DNA of 18,174 nucleotides, taken from positions 1-18,174 of the forward strand of contig JADGNR010000066.1 in the NCBI GenBank assembly GCA_017883415.1. The letters run 5' to 3'. Below, piece by piece: positions 7,420 through 16,600 of the stretch; the stretch's first letter is position 1; every line of letters begins with the position of its first letter. The position numbers and the translations under genes are program-made. Under the pieces are notes generated by a model. The model was not told where the DNA came from. It saw only the letters and a program-made list of their open reading frames with translations, and did not search any database. The DNA comes from Bryobacteraceae bacterium (lineage in GTDB: Bacteria > Acidobacteriota > Terriglobia > Bryobacterales > Bryobacteraceae).

Positions 7420-8406
7420 ATGAGTTTTTTCTCGAAGCAGTTTATCGACGTCATCCAGTGGACCGAGCCGGGCGACGGCATCCTTGCCTACCGCTATCCC
7501 ATGGAGGACATGGAGATTCAAAACGGCGGGCAACTGACGGTGCGGGACTCGCAGATGGCCGTGTTCGTCAACGAAGGCCAGATCGCCGACGTCTTCGGTC
7601 CGGGCCGGCACACGCTCAACACCCAGACGCTGCCGATCCTGACCTATTTGAAGAATTGGGACAAAGCCTTCCAGTCGCCCTTCAAGTCGGACGTGTATTT
7701 CTTTTCCACGCGGCTGCAGATCGACCAGAAGTGGGGCACCACCACTCCCATCGCCATTCGCGACAAGGAATTCGGCGCGGTGCGGATGCGCGCGTACGGG
7801 ATCTACGCCTATCGCGTCTCCGATCCCAAGCTCTTCTACCAGAAGGTGAGCGGAACGCGCGAGGCCTATCTGGTGGACGAACTCGAAGGACAATTGCGCA
7901 ACACGATCATCGGACGAATGACCGACGCCTTCGCCAACAGCAGCATCAGTTTTCTCGATATGGCCGCCAACCAGGGTCAGTTGGGCGGGCATATGCTGGA
8001 CGGGTTGAAGCCCGTTTTCGCCGACTTGGGGCTGGCGCTCGAAAGCTTCGTGGTGGAGAACATCTCTCTGCCCGACGAGCTGCAAAAACTGCTCGACCAG
8101 CGAATCGGCATGAGCATGGTAGGGGATCTGGGCCGCTACACGCAGTTCCAGGTGGCGCAATCGCTGCCCATCGCGGCGGCCAATGAAGGTGGCGGCGCCG
8201 CGGCCGCCGGCGTGGGCCTCGGGGCCGGCCTCACCATGGCGCAGCAGATGATGAATGCCGCCCGGCCGGCGGTTTCAGGCGCCGCGCCCGCGCCGCCGGC
8301 GCCGCCGGAGAGCGCCGCCGCGGGGACGAAGTTCTGTTTGCACTGCGGCAAGCCCATCCCGCGCATCGCCCGGTTCTGTTCGGAGTGCGGCGGCGCCCAG
8401 CAGTAG
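7420..8406 (+). CDS. SPFH/Band-7 (stomatin-prohibitin-flotillin-HflK/C) family protein with a C-terminal zinc ribbon (COG4260 / Band_7_1-like; B. subtilis YdjI-like)
   Basis: The protein is 328 aa. The N-terminal 240 aa resemble the soluble SPFH family (MSFFSKQFIDVIQWTEPGDGILAYRYPMED...QLTVRDSQMAVFVNEGQIADVFGPGRHTLNTQTLPILT...). An Ala/Gly/Pro low-complexity linker follows. The C-terminus is FCLHCGKPIPRIARFCSECG (CxxC-x9-CxxC). GC3 codon bias is clear. Confidence 0.9.
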   Translation: MSFFSKQFIDVIQWTEPGDGILAYRYPMEDMEIQNGGQLTVRDSQMAVFVNEGQIADVFGPGRHTLNTQTLPILTYLKNWDKAFQSPFKSDVYFFSTRLQIDQKWGTTTPIAIRDKEFGAVRMRAYGIYAYRVSDPKLFYQKVSGTREAYLVDELEGQLRNTIIGRMTDAFANSSISFLDMAANQGQLGGHMLDGLKPVFADLGLALESFVVENISLPDELQKLLDQRIGMSMVGDLGRYTQFQVAQSLPIAAANEGGGAAAAGVGLGAGLTMAQQMMNAARPAVSGAAPAPPAPPESAAAGTKFCLHCGKPIPRIARFCSECGGAQQ

Positions 8407-8430
8407 CCGCTGCGCCATATTCCTGCGTTT

Positions 8431-9540
8431 ATGTCGCCGGAAAAGAAAGTTGTGCGATTCCCCTGCCCCGGTTGCTCGGCGGACATGCAATTCGACCCTG
8501 CAACGGGCGCGCTGAAATGTCCGTTTTGCGGCCAGACCCGCGCCCTCCCGGCGGAAGACCCGGCGGGGTTGCGGCCGCACCCGTTGGAACAATATCTGGG
8601 GGCAGGCGACGGCGCCACGTTGCGGCCGCTCACCGGGCAGGCGCTCGAGGCCGCTTGCGGCGGATGCGGCAGCGTGGTGGCGTTTGAGCCGCCGGAAGTC
8701 GCCGGCGCCTGCCCGTTCTGCGGATCAGCGCTGGTGGCGCAGCCGAAAGCGGCCGACCCGCTGATCGCGCCCGATGCCGTGCTGCCCGCCCGGATTCCGA
8801 AAACCCAGGCGCAGGCCGAGGTGCGCCGTTGGCTCGAGACGCGCTGGTTTGCGCCCAACGCGCTCAAGCGCATGGCGCGGCAGGAGGGAATCGGCGGAGT
8901 TTACCTTCCCTTCTGGGATTACGACGCCGCTACCCGCAGCCGCTACCAGGGCGCGCGCGGGGAACATTATTGGGAAACGGAGACGTACCAGGAAAGCGAC
9001 GGCCAGGGCGGCGCGGTCCAGCGCACGCGCCAGGTGCAGCGGACGGCCTGGTATCCGGCGGCGGGCGAGGTGTCGCGCCAGTTCACCGATGTGCTGATCG
9101 CCGCCTCGCACTCGGTCGCCGAATCCACGTTGAACGCGCTCGAGCCCTGGGGCCTGGAGGCGCTCTGTCCCTATGAGCCCGCGTACCTGGCGGGATTCAA
9201 GGCGCAACGCTACCAGGTGGAACTGGCCGGCGGTTTCGAGAAGGCCAAGGGCGTCATGCGCCAGACCATCGAGGCGGATGTGCGGCGCGCCATCGGGGGC
9301 GACGAGCAGCGCATCGACCACCTCGAAACCCAATACGACGCGGTGATGTTCCGCCACCTGCTGCTGCCCGTCTGGATCGGCGCGTACCGCTTCCAGAACA
9401 AGGTCTACCAGGTGGCGGTCAACGCGCGCACCGGCGAGGTGCAGGGCGAGCGGCCGTTTAGCGCCTGGAAAATCGCCCTGCTGGCGATCCTGGTGGCGGC
9501 CCTTGTGGCGCTCGTCATGATTCTGAAGTCGAACCGGTGA
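8431..9540 (+). CDS. Double zinc-ribbon protein with a C-terminal transmembrane anchor (B. subtilis YdjG-like; often mis-annotated as a phage replication / primosomal protein)
   Basis: The N-terminus carries two CxxC-x15-CxxC ribbons (FPCPGCSADMQFDPATGALKCPFCG; ACGGCGSVVAFEPPEVAGACPFCGS). A conserved roughly 220-aa central domain follows (WFAPNALKRMARQEGIGGVYLPFWDYD...). The C-terminus is the single TM helix WKIALLAILVAALVALVMIL-KSNR. It lies 24 nt downstream of the SPFH gene on the same strand. Confidence 0.8.
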   Translation: MSPEKKVVRFPCPGCSADMQFDPATGALKCPFCGQTRALPAEDPAGLRPHPLEQYLGAGDGATLRPLTGQALEAACGGCGSVVAFEPPEVAGACPFCGSALVAQPKAADPLIAPDAVLPARIPKTQAQAEVRRWLETRWFAPNALKRMARQEGIGGVYLPFWDYDAATRSRYQGARGEHYWETETYQESDGQGGAVQRTRQVQRTAWYPAAGEVSRQFTDVLIAASHSVAESTLNALEPWGLEALCPYEPAYLAGFKAQRYQVELAGGFEKAKGVMRQTIEADVRRAIGGDEQRIDHLETQYDAVMFRHLLLPVWIGAYRFQNKVYQVAVNARTGEVQGERPFSAWKIALLAILVAALVALVMILKSNR

Positions 9541-10240
9541 GCGGGCCCTCGCCCGCCCGCACGCCCACTTCGTCGAGATGCGCCAGCAGGTCCGCGGGAT
9601 CCTGGTAGACCCGGTAGGCACCGGCGCGCTCCAGTTCCTCTTCTCCATAGCCGCCCGAGAGCAGCCCCACACCGAGCGCGCGCGCCCGCCGCGCGGCCAG
9701 CAGATCCCAAATGCTGTCGCCCACCACGATGGAATGTTCGATGGACACGTGCAAGCGCTCGGCCGCGGCGAGGAACAGGTCCGGATCGGGCTTGGCATGC
9801 GCCACCTGGTCGCGCGTAACCACCGGAACTTCGGGGCCGATGCCCAGCGTCTTCACGGTGAGCCGCGCGCCCTCCAGATATCCGCTGGTGGCAATGGCAT
9901 GCGGGACCCGCTGGTGCGCCAGGTAGGCCATCAATTCGATGGCGCCCGGCAAGGGACGCACTTGCGCGGCGTAGCGGCGAAAGGCGTCGGCGTGCAACTG
10001 CTGGAAGCGGGCCACCTCCTCCGGGCCCAGGTGGCGGCCGGTCTCGCGGGCGAGTGCGTTCACAAACAGGCCGCCGCTCATGCCGATGCGCCGGTGGATG
10101 CGCCACACGGCCAGCGGCAGCCCCGCCTCCTCCAGCGCATCGCGCCACGCCAGCACATGCTGATACACGCTGTCCACCAGCGTGCCGTCGAGGTCGAACA
10201 GGAAAGCCGGAGTGCTGGAAAAGGAGCGCGGTTCCGCCAT
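9515..10240 (-). CDS. HAD-superfamily hydrolase (phosphatase, subfamily IA-like)
   Basis: MAEPRSFSSTPAFLFDLDGTLVDSVYQHVLAWRDALEE... Motif I is DxDGT. There is a later T/S motif (IATSG), then K, then the GDSxxD motif IV (VVGDSIWDLLAARRA). The start is at the internal ATG at 10238-10240. The upstream ORF extension is an out-of-frame overlap with the lysine-rich gene. Confidence 0.8.
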   Translation of the reverse strand: MAEPRSFSSTPAFLFDLDGTLVDSVYQHVLAWRDALEEAGLPLAVWRIHRRIGMSGGLFVNALARETGRHLGPEEVARFQQLHADAFRRYAAQVRPLPGAIELMAYLAHQRVPHAIATSGYLEGARLTVKTLGIGPEVPVVTRDQVAHAKPDPDLFLAAAERLHVSIEHSIVVGDSIWDLLAARRARALGVGLLSGGYGEEELERAGAYRVYQDPADLLAHLDEVGVRAGEGPLTGSTSES

Positions 10241-10251
10241 GCGCCCCCGGC

Positions 10252-10518
10252 CTACTTCCGGGCGGCCGCGGCCTTCTGCTGGGCTTTCTTCAGCTTCCTG
10301 GGCAGGCGCGATTTGTTCTTGGCGGCCAGCTTGGGTATTCTCGGCGTTTTCGGCGTATGAGGCTTTTCCACCGGCACCGGCTTTTCCGCGGCCGGCGGCT
10401 TTTGCGCCCCTTCCGCGAGCTTGGCTACCTTGCCCGCCGCTTTGCCGATTGCCTTTGCGGCTTTGACCAATCCCTTCTCTTCTGGTTCTTGCCCTTCTGG
10501 TTTTTGTTTGCCCGCCAT
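10252..10518 (-). CDS. Small, extremely basic Lys/Ala/Pro-rich protein, histone H1-like (Hc1/AlgP-like low-complexity DNA-binding tail type)
   Basis: 88 aa: MAGKQKPEGQEPEEKGLVKAAKAIGKAAGKVAKLAEGAQKPPAAEKPVPVEKPHTPKTPRIPKLAAKNKSRLPRKLKKAQQKAAAARK. Codon third positions are about 90% G/C in this frame. The alternative frame, which is the N-terminal extension of the HAD ORF, contains poorer codons. GAGGG lies 5 nt upstream of the ATG. Confidence 0.6.
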   Translation of the reverse strand: MAGKQKPEGQEPEEKGLVKAAKAIGKAAGKVAKLAEGAQKPPAAEKPVPVEKPHTPKTPRIPKLAAKNKSRLPRKLKKAQQKAAAARK

Positions 10519-10595
10519 GTATCCCTCGCGCCGCCTTCTCGGCCTGAGTCATTACAGCACGCCGGCGGCCGGCGCGTCCACCGGGGAGATTCGGA

Positions 10596-12320
10596 CTAGC
10601 GTGCCGGCAGATTCATTCTCTCGAGCAGCGCACGAAAGCGAGGGTCTTCGCGTATTTTGTCGAAGGAGGGCTCAGTGTTCAGAAACACCATCATCGGGCG
10701 ATGCGACGCGTAAGCCTGCTCGAGTGCCGGAAACACCCGGTCATTCTCTCCCTCGATCGCAGCGAAGGCGGCACGTAGAAACGGGTCGTCCAAGGCGCGG
10801 GAATTGCCGGGGCTGGTCGCAGGGCGGCCTTGATATAGCCTCGCCCGCGCGATACACGCGTCGGCTTCCTTGAGTCCCGGCTCCAGTTCCCGCGCGCGCC
10901 GCGCTTGCGCGATAGCTTCCTCGAAATGCCGGGCCTGCAGATACAGCCAGCCCGCGTCGATGTTGACCCGCACCGAGAGCGGATCGATCGCCAGCGCCTT
11001 GCGGAGCGCGGTCAGCCCCGCTTCGCGCCGTCCGACCGCCACCAGAAAAAAAGCTCGATCGTGATGCGCCAGCGCGAAACTGGGGTTATCCTCGATCGCG
11101 GCGTCGAACTGGCGCCCGGCTGCGGTCCAGTTCCATTCATGCCAGAACAGCACGTTCGCCAGGGCATTGTGCGCCTCGGCGTTGCCGGGATCTACCCCGA
11201 GCGCCGATTCCGCCGCCGATCGCGCCTTGGCAAAGACATCCGGCGCGGCGGAGCCGGAACGCGCCATCGCCACGTAGGTCTCAGCCAGCGCCGCCTGGGC
11301 GGAAGCGAATTCCGGCGCCTGCCGCGCCGCGTCCTGAAAGAACGCCACGCTGCGTTCGAGACCATCGCGTGTGCCCTGGCGCTGCAGGTACCGGCCATTC
11401 AGATACGCCTGATACGCAGCCTCTCCGACGCTTCCATGGGGCCGGCTGGTGGGCGCCGCCTCCGGAACCAGGCTTCGCAAGACTCCAGCAGCGACACGCG
11501 CCGATAGATCTTCCTGCAATTCGAAAGAATTCGCCGCATCGCGCTCGAAGGTCTCGGTCCAAACTTGCATCTGGTCCGCCACGCGCACCAGGCTTGCCGT
11601 CAGCCGCATCCGGTCCTGCTGGCGCCGGAGCGTCCCCTCCACGACGTAGTCGGCGCGAAGTTCCTTCGCCAGCCGCGCGAGGTCCGGCGCACTGCCCTTG
11701 AAGCGCATCACCGAGGCGCGGCCGATCACGCCGAGGCGAGCATTCTGCGCCCCCAGCGTGGAGATCAACTCACCGGTCAAGCCGTCCAGGAAGGGCCGAA
11801 TCACCGGGTCATTCGCGGCATTCGACTCCACATTTTCGAAGGGCAGCACCGCCAGACGGATCGGCGCCGGCGATGGCTTCGAGCGAAGGGCGAGGAGCAC
11901 CGCCAGAAGGCAGCAGGCGAGGGCCACGACCCAGGCGGCCGTCTTCCGCGTCCGGCGCATGGGGCCGTACGAGGCCGCAGGTATCGCAGGCGCCTCCCCG
12001 GCCGCCGCTGGCAGCAGGGTAACCGGCGCCACAAACCGGTAGCCGCGCCGGGGCACGGTCTCGATAAAGCGCGGGGCCTCGGAGTCGTCGCCGATCGCGG
12101 CGCGGAGTTGGGCCACGCACACGTTGAGATTGCGCTGGAAGTCCACGAAAGTGTCGGCGTCCCAGATTTCCTTCTGGATCGCCTCCCGCGTGATGACCTG
12201 ACCGGGGTTCCGCACCAGCAAATGCAACAGGCGAAACTGCCGCGGGGTCAGTTTGATCAGGACTCCCGCGCGACGCAACTGGGCGTTGGCCTCGTCCAAC
12301 TCGAAAATTCCGAAGCGCAC
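10596..12320 (-). CDS. CadC/ToxR-like membrane-bound transcriptional regulator: N-terminal OmpR/PhoB-type winged-helix DNA-binding domain, single TM, periplasmic TPR domain. The start codon is uncertain.
   Basis: The winged-helix region is VRFGIFELDEANAQLRRAGVLIKLTPRQFRLLHLLVRNPGQVITREAIQKEIWDADTFVDFQRNLNVCVAQLRAAIGDDSEAPRFIETVPRRGYRFVA. The TM segment is WVVALACCLLAVLLAL. A large TPR-like C-terminal domain follows. The annotated ATG at 12464 would overlap the divergent ankyrin gene start (12463) by 2 nt. I therefore prefer the in-frame GTG at 12318-12320 (M/VRFGIFELD), which is the usual position of the start in this family. The true start could be anywhere from 12320 to 12464. Confidence 0.8.
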   Translation of the reverse strand: MRFGIFELDEANAQLRRAGVLIKLTPRQFRLLHLLVRNPGQVITREAIQKEIWDADTFVDFQRNLNVCVAQLRAAIGDDSEAPRFIETVPRRGYRFVAPVTLLPAAAGEAPAIPAASYGPMRRTRKTAAWVVALACCLLAVLLALRSKPSPAPIRLAVLPFENVESNAANDPVIRPFLDGLTGELISTLGAQNARLGVIGRASVMRFKGSAPDLARLAKELRADYVVEGTLRRQQDRMRLTASLVRVADQMQVWTETFERDAANSFELQEDLSARVAAGVLRSLVPEAAPTSRPHGSVGEAAYQAYLNGRYLQRQGTRDGLERSVAFFQDAARQAPEFASAQAALAETYVAMARSGSAAPDVFAKARSAAESALGVDPGNAEAHNALANVLFWHEWNWTAAGRQFDAAIEDNPSFALAHHDRAFFLVAVGRREAGLTALRKALAIDPLSVRVNIDAGWLYLQARHFEEAIAQARRARELEPGLKEADACIARARLYQGRPATSPGNSRALDDPFLRAAFAAIEGENDRVFPALEQAYASHRPMMVFLNTEPSFDKIREDPRFRALLERMNLPAR

Positions 12321-12462
12321 GGTATCCAGTATACGAGTCGCCTCCTCGCACGCCGAATTTACATCGCCTTGCAAATCACTGGAATCGCGGCGCTTCCGGG
12401 TGAGCAAAAAAATAACATTGCCATGCCTTCCCGAAGGGATCCCGCCACCCTCACGCTCAGCC

Positions 12463-13638
12463 ATGCACAACCGACGAAGCTTCCTTGCAACGCTGGGCCT
12501 TAGTCCTGTCGCTGTGGCATCGGCTCAGACATCCTCCGCGACGTCAGGTCAGCCGGCTGCCCCATCGGCCTTCAAAGACTCTACCCTGGACATTTTCCAG
12601 GCCGCCTATAAAGGTGATATTCCGCGAGCCACGGAGCTGGCCAAACTGAATCCCGCGATCGCCCGGCTTCGGTCGCCCGACGGCCGAACGGCCCTGCACT
12701 ATGCGGTCGAGGGCGGGCATACGGACATGATCTTCTTCCTGACCACGCGAGGCGCCGATCTCAGCGCCGGCCCGGAAAGTCCGCTATTGACCGCGGTCGA
12801 TTATCCGGATCACGCCTTAGCCCTGGAAATGACCCAGGCGCTTCTCATGAACGCCTCCGACGCCAACGCCCGGCGCGCCGACGGCCGCACCGCTCTCCAA
12901 CTGGCGGACGCCCGAGGCTACGCCGATGTCGTGGAGATGCTGGTGCATCGCGGGGCGGCCGGCGCCGAGGCCGGCACCGTGAAGACGGAACGCGTCTACT
13001 TCGGAAGGCGGTACAGCTTCGACGTCGCCGGCCGGCCCTACACGCCGCTGGACATTGACGGCTTGCCCCAGGAGTTCATCAACGAGTTCGCGCGGCTGGC
13101 GCACTTCGACGCCGATCGCGTGAAGCATCTATTGAAGCTCGCTCCGGGGCTGATCGGCGCCCGCGCCACCTGGGATGAGTCGGGAATAGAGGCCGCCGCG
13201 CACATGGGACTAATCCCGCTGGCGCGGCACCTGGCGGACCAGGGCGCCCCGGTCTCCACCTGCACCGCGACGCTGCTGGGGCTCGGCGATCGCGTGGAGT
13301 CGCTGGTGAAGTCCGACGGCGCCTGCGTGCGGGAACGGGGCGCGCACGACATTGCGCTGCTGGCCTACACCGCGTACGGCGACCAGCGCCCGGAGATCGC
13401 CGACTTTCTGCTGCGCTCGGGAGCGAGCGTGCACGCCAAAGCGCTGGGACTGACCACCCTGCACCTGGCCGCGACTAAGGACTACGTCGAGTTGGCCGAT
13501 GTTCTGCTGGCGCACGGCGCGGACGTGAACGCGCAGGCCAGATCGCGGGGACGGGAAGTCACGCCGCTCGCCGTGGCAATGAAGGCGAAACGGGAGAAGA
13601 TGGCGGAATTCCTGAAGGCGCGCGGGGGCCACGCCTGA
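12463..13638 (+). CDS. Tat-signal (twin-arginine) ankyrin-repeat protein, predicted periplasmic
   Basis: The N-terminus is MHNRRSFLATLGLSPVAVASAQ: an RRxFL twin-arginine motif, a hydrophobic core and an ASA cleavage site. At least 5 ankyrin repeats follow (GRTALHYAVEGGHTDMIFFLTTRGADL; GRTALQLADARGYADVVEMLVHRGA; LTTLHLAATKDYVELADVLLAHGADVNAQ...). The longer ORF from 12253 is an artifact. Confidence 0.85.
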   Translation: MHNRRSFLATLGLSPVAVASAQTSSATSGQPAAPSAFKDSTLDIFQAAYKGDIPRATELAKLNPAIARLRSPDGRTALHYAVEGGHTDMIFFLTTRGADLSAGPESPLLTAVDYPDHALALEMTQALLMNASDANARRADGRTALQLADARGYADVVEMLVHRGAAGAEAGTVKTERVYFGRRYSFDVAGRPYTPLDIDGLPQEFINEFARLAHFDADRVKHLLKLAPGLIGARATWDESGIEAAAHMGLIPLARHLADQGAPVSTCTATLLGLGDRVESLVKSDGACVRERGAHDIALLAYTAYGDQRPEIADFLLRSGASVHAKALGLTTLHLAATKDYVELADVLLAHGADVNAQARSRGREVTPLAVAMKAKREKMAEFLKARGGHA

Positions 13639-13692
13639 AAGAGCCTTCGAGAGCGCCGGCCCCGATCCGGTGGTGGTAGAATACCGGCGATT

Positions 13693-16600
13693 ATGCGTTC
13701 CACTAAGCTACTTGCGTTTCTGTTGTCCGTTTCGTCCGCCCAGTTTGCCTGGTGCGCCGCGGCCAACGAAAAACCGCTGCTGCTGCGCCACCCCACCGTC
13801 AGCCGCACGCGCATCGTCTTCACCTTCGCCAACGACCTGTGGAGCGTCAGCCGCGACGGCGGGGATGCGCTCCGCCTCACCACGGGCATCGGAGTGGAAA
13901 CGGACCCGATCTTCTCGCCCGACGGCTCACAGATCGCGTTCACCGGCGAGTATGACGGCAATATCGATGTCTTCGTGATGCCCGCCGCGGGCGGCACACC
14001 CAAACGACTCACGTACCATCCCGCGCCGGACCGCGCCATCGGGTGGACCCCCGACGGCACGCGGGTGCTGTTCTCGTCGGGCCGCACCAGCTACTCCAAC
14101 TTCAGCCGCCTCTTCACGGTGCCGGCCGAAGGCGGCCCCGAAACGCAGCTTCCCCTGGACCGCGCCGTCGAGGGCTCGTACTCGCCCGACGGCTCCCGGC
14201 TCGCCTACGTGCCCACCGACAAGTGGCAGAGGGCGTGGAAGCGCTACCGCGGAGGGCAGACCACTCCCATCTGGCTGGCCACGCTCGCCGATTCGAGCGT
14301 GGTGAAAGTCCCGCGCAACAATTCGAACGATTTCAATCCCATGTGGGTGGGCGATACGGTCTACTTCCTCTCCGACCGGAACGGCCCGGTGTCGCTGTTC
14401 GCCTACGACACCAAATCGAAGCAGGTCAAGGATGTGGTGAAGAACACGGGCCTGGATTTCAAATCCGCCGCCGCGGGACCCGATGCCATCGTCTATGAGC
14501 AGTTCGGCGAGATCCACATTTACGACCTGAAAACCAGTCAGACCCGCGAGGTCGCCGTGCGGCTCACCGGCGACCTGTCGGAAATCCGCCCGCACTTTCG
14601 CAAGATTGCGCCCAACGAGATTCGCAGCGCCGGAATTTCACCCACCGGCGCCCGGGCCATCTTCGTGGCTCACGGCGAGGTTTTCACGGTGCCCTCCGAA
14701 AAGGGAGACATCCGCAATCTGACCAACTCGCCGGCCTCCGAGGAGCGGGACCCTGCCTGGTCGCCGGACGGAAAGTCGATCGCCTATTTTTCCGATGCCG
14801 CGGGCGAATATGCCCTCGAGATTCGCGACCAGAATGGCCTCGGCGAGCCGCGGCGCATCGGTCTCGGCAATCCGCCCGTGTTCCCGTACACGCCTCGCTG
14901 GTCGCCCGACAGCAAGAAGATCGCTTACACCGACAAGACGCTCAACGTCTGCTACGTGGAGCTGGAGAAGGGCACGCCGGTGCGCATCGACACGGACACC
15001 TACGCCGGTCCCATGGCGCTGAGCCCGGCCTGGTCTCCCGACAGCAAATGGATCGCCTATACCCGCAAGCTCAAGAGTCACCTCCATGCCGTCTTCGTTT
15101 ATTCGATCGACCAAAATAAGACCTTCCAGCTCACCGACGGCATGAGCGACGCGGCCAACGCGCAGTTCGACAAAGAAGGCAAATCCCTCTACTTCACCGC
15201 CAGCACCGACACCGCATTGTCCTCGGGCTGGCTCGATATGTCGAGCATCCAGCGCCCCGTCACGCGCAGCGTCTACGTCGCCGTGCTCACCCGGGATCTG
15301 CCCTCGCCGCTCGCGCCGGAGAACGATGAGGAGAAGCCCCCGGCGGCGCCGGATGCGAAGAAGCCGGAGGAGACCAAGAAAGAAACCCCCGTCCGCATCG
15401 ATATCGAGAACATCGGACAGCGCATTCTCGCCCTTCCCATTCCGGCGCGAAACTACATCGCGATGTCCGCCGGCAAGACAGGGGTGCTCTTCCTGGTGGA
15501 GGCGCCGATGGTTTCGTCCATCACCGGTCCGGGTGAAGGGCTGACCCTGCACATGTTCGATCTCAAGACGCGTAAGACCGAAAAACTCCGCGAAGGCATC
15601 AACGGGTTTGTCCTCTCCGCCAACGGGGAAAAGATGCTCTACCGCCAAGGCGAGCAGTACTTCATCGCGGCCGCGGGCAAGGCTCCGGCCACGCCGCCCC
15701 CGCCCGGCCAGGGAGGGGGACCGCTGAAGCTCGACGCCATGGAAGCCTGGGTCGATCCGCCGGCCGAGTGGCAGCACATGTACCACCAGGTGTGGCGGGA
15801 TGAGCGGGACTTCTTCTACGACCCCGGCCTGCACGGCCTCAATAAGGAAGCCATCGAGAAGAAGTACGAACCATATGTCGCCAACATCGCCACCCGCGAC
15901 GACCTGAACTACCTGTTCGAGGAGATGCTCGGCGAAATGACGGTCGGCCACATGTTCGTCGGAGGCGGCGACAGGCCGGACGTCAAGAGAATCCGCGGCG
16001 GCCTGCTGGGCGCCGATTACACCATAGAGAACGGGCGGTACCGTTTCGCGCGCGTCTACAACGGAGAGAACTGGAACCCGAGCCTCAACGCGCCGCTGAC
16101 GCAACCGGGCGTCAACGTGGTTGCGGGCGAATATCTGCTGGCCGTGCAGGGCCGCGAGGTCCGTCCGCCCGCCAACCTCTACAGTTTCTTCGAAGAGACC
16201 GCCGGCAAGTCCATCGTGATCCGCGTGGGTCCCGATCCCAATGGCGCTAATGCGCGGGACGTGACCGTGGTTCCCGTGGACAGCGAGACCGGCCTTCGCA
16301 ACTTCGCCTGGATCGAAGACAATCGCCGCAAGGTCGACCAGCTCACAGGCGGGCGGGTAGGGTACGTCTACCTGCCCAATACCGCCGGTAGCGGCTACAC
16401 GAATTTCAACCGTTACTTTTTCAGCCAGGTCGGCAAAGAAGCCGTGGTCATCGACGAGCGGTTCAACGGGGGTGGAAGCATCGCCGATTACATTATCGAT
16501 TACCTGCGGAGGCCGATCATGGGCCGGTTCACCATGCGCGAAGGCGAAGACATCACCGTTCCCATGGCCGGCATTTTCGGTCCCAAGGTGATGATTGTCA

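Noticed and set aside
8136-8873. 245-aa minus-strand ORF overlapping the end of the SPFH gene and the start of the zinc-ribbon gene
   Set aside because: It is antisense to two well-supported genes and gives an Ala/Gly/Ser low-complexity translation. It is a shadow ORF.
10241-10552. N-terminal roughly 104-aa Arg/Gly/Lys-rich extension of the HAD hydrolase ORF (MTQAEKAARG...)
   Set aside because: The HAD motif I (DLDGT) begins 12 aa after the internal ATG at 10240. The extension overlaps the better-supported 88-aa lysine-rich gene in another frame and has poorer GC3 bias, so it was treated as an ORF-caller artefact.
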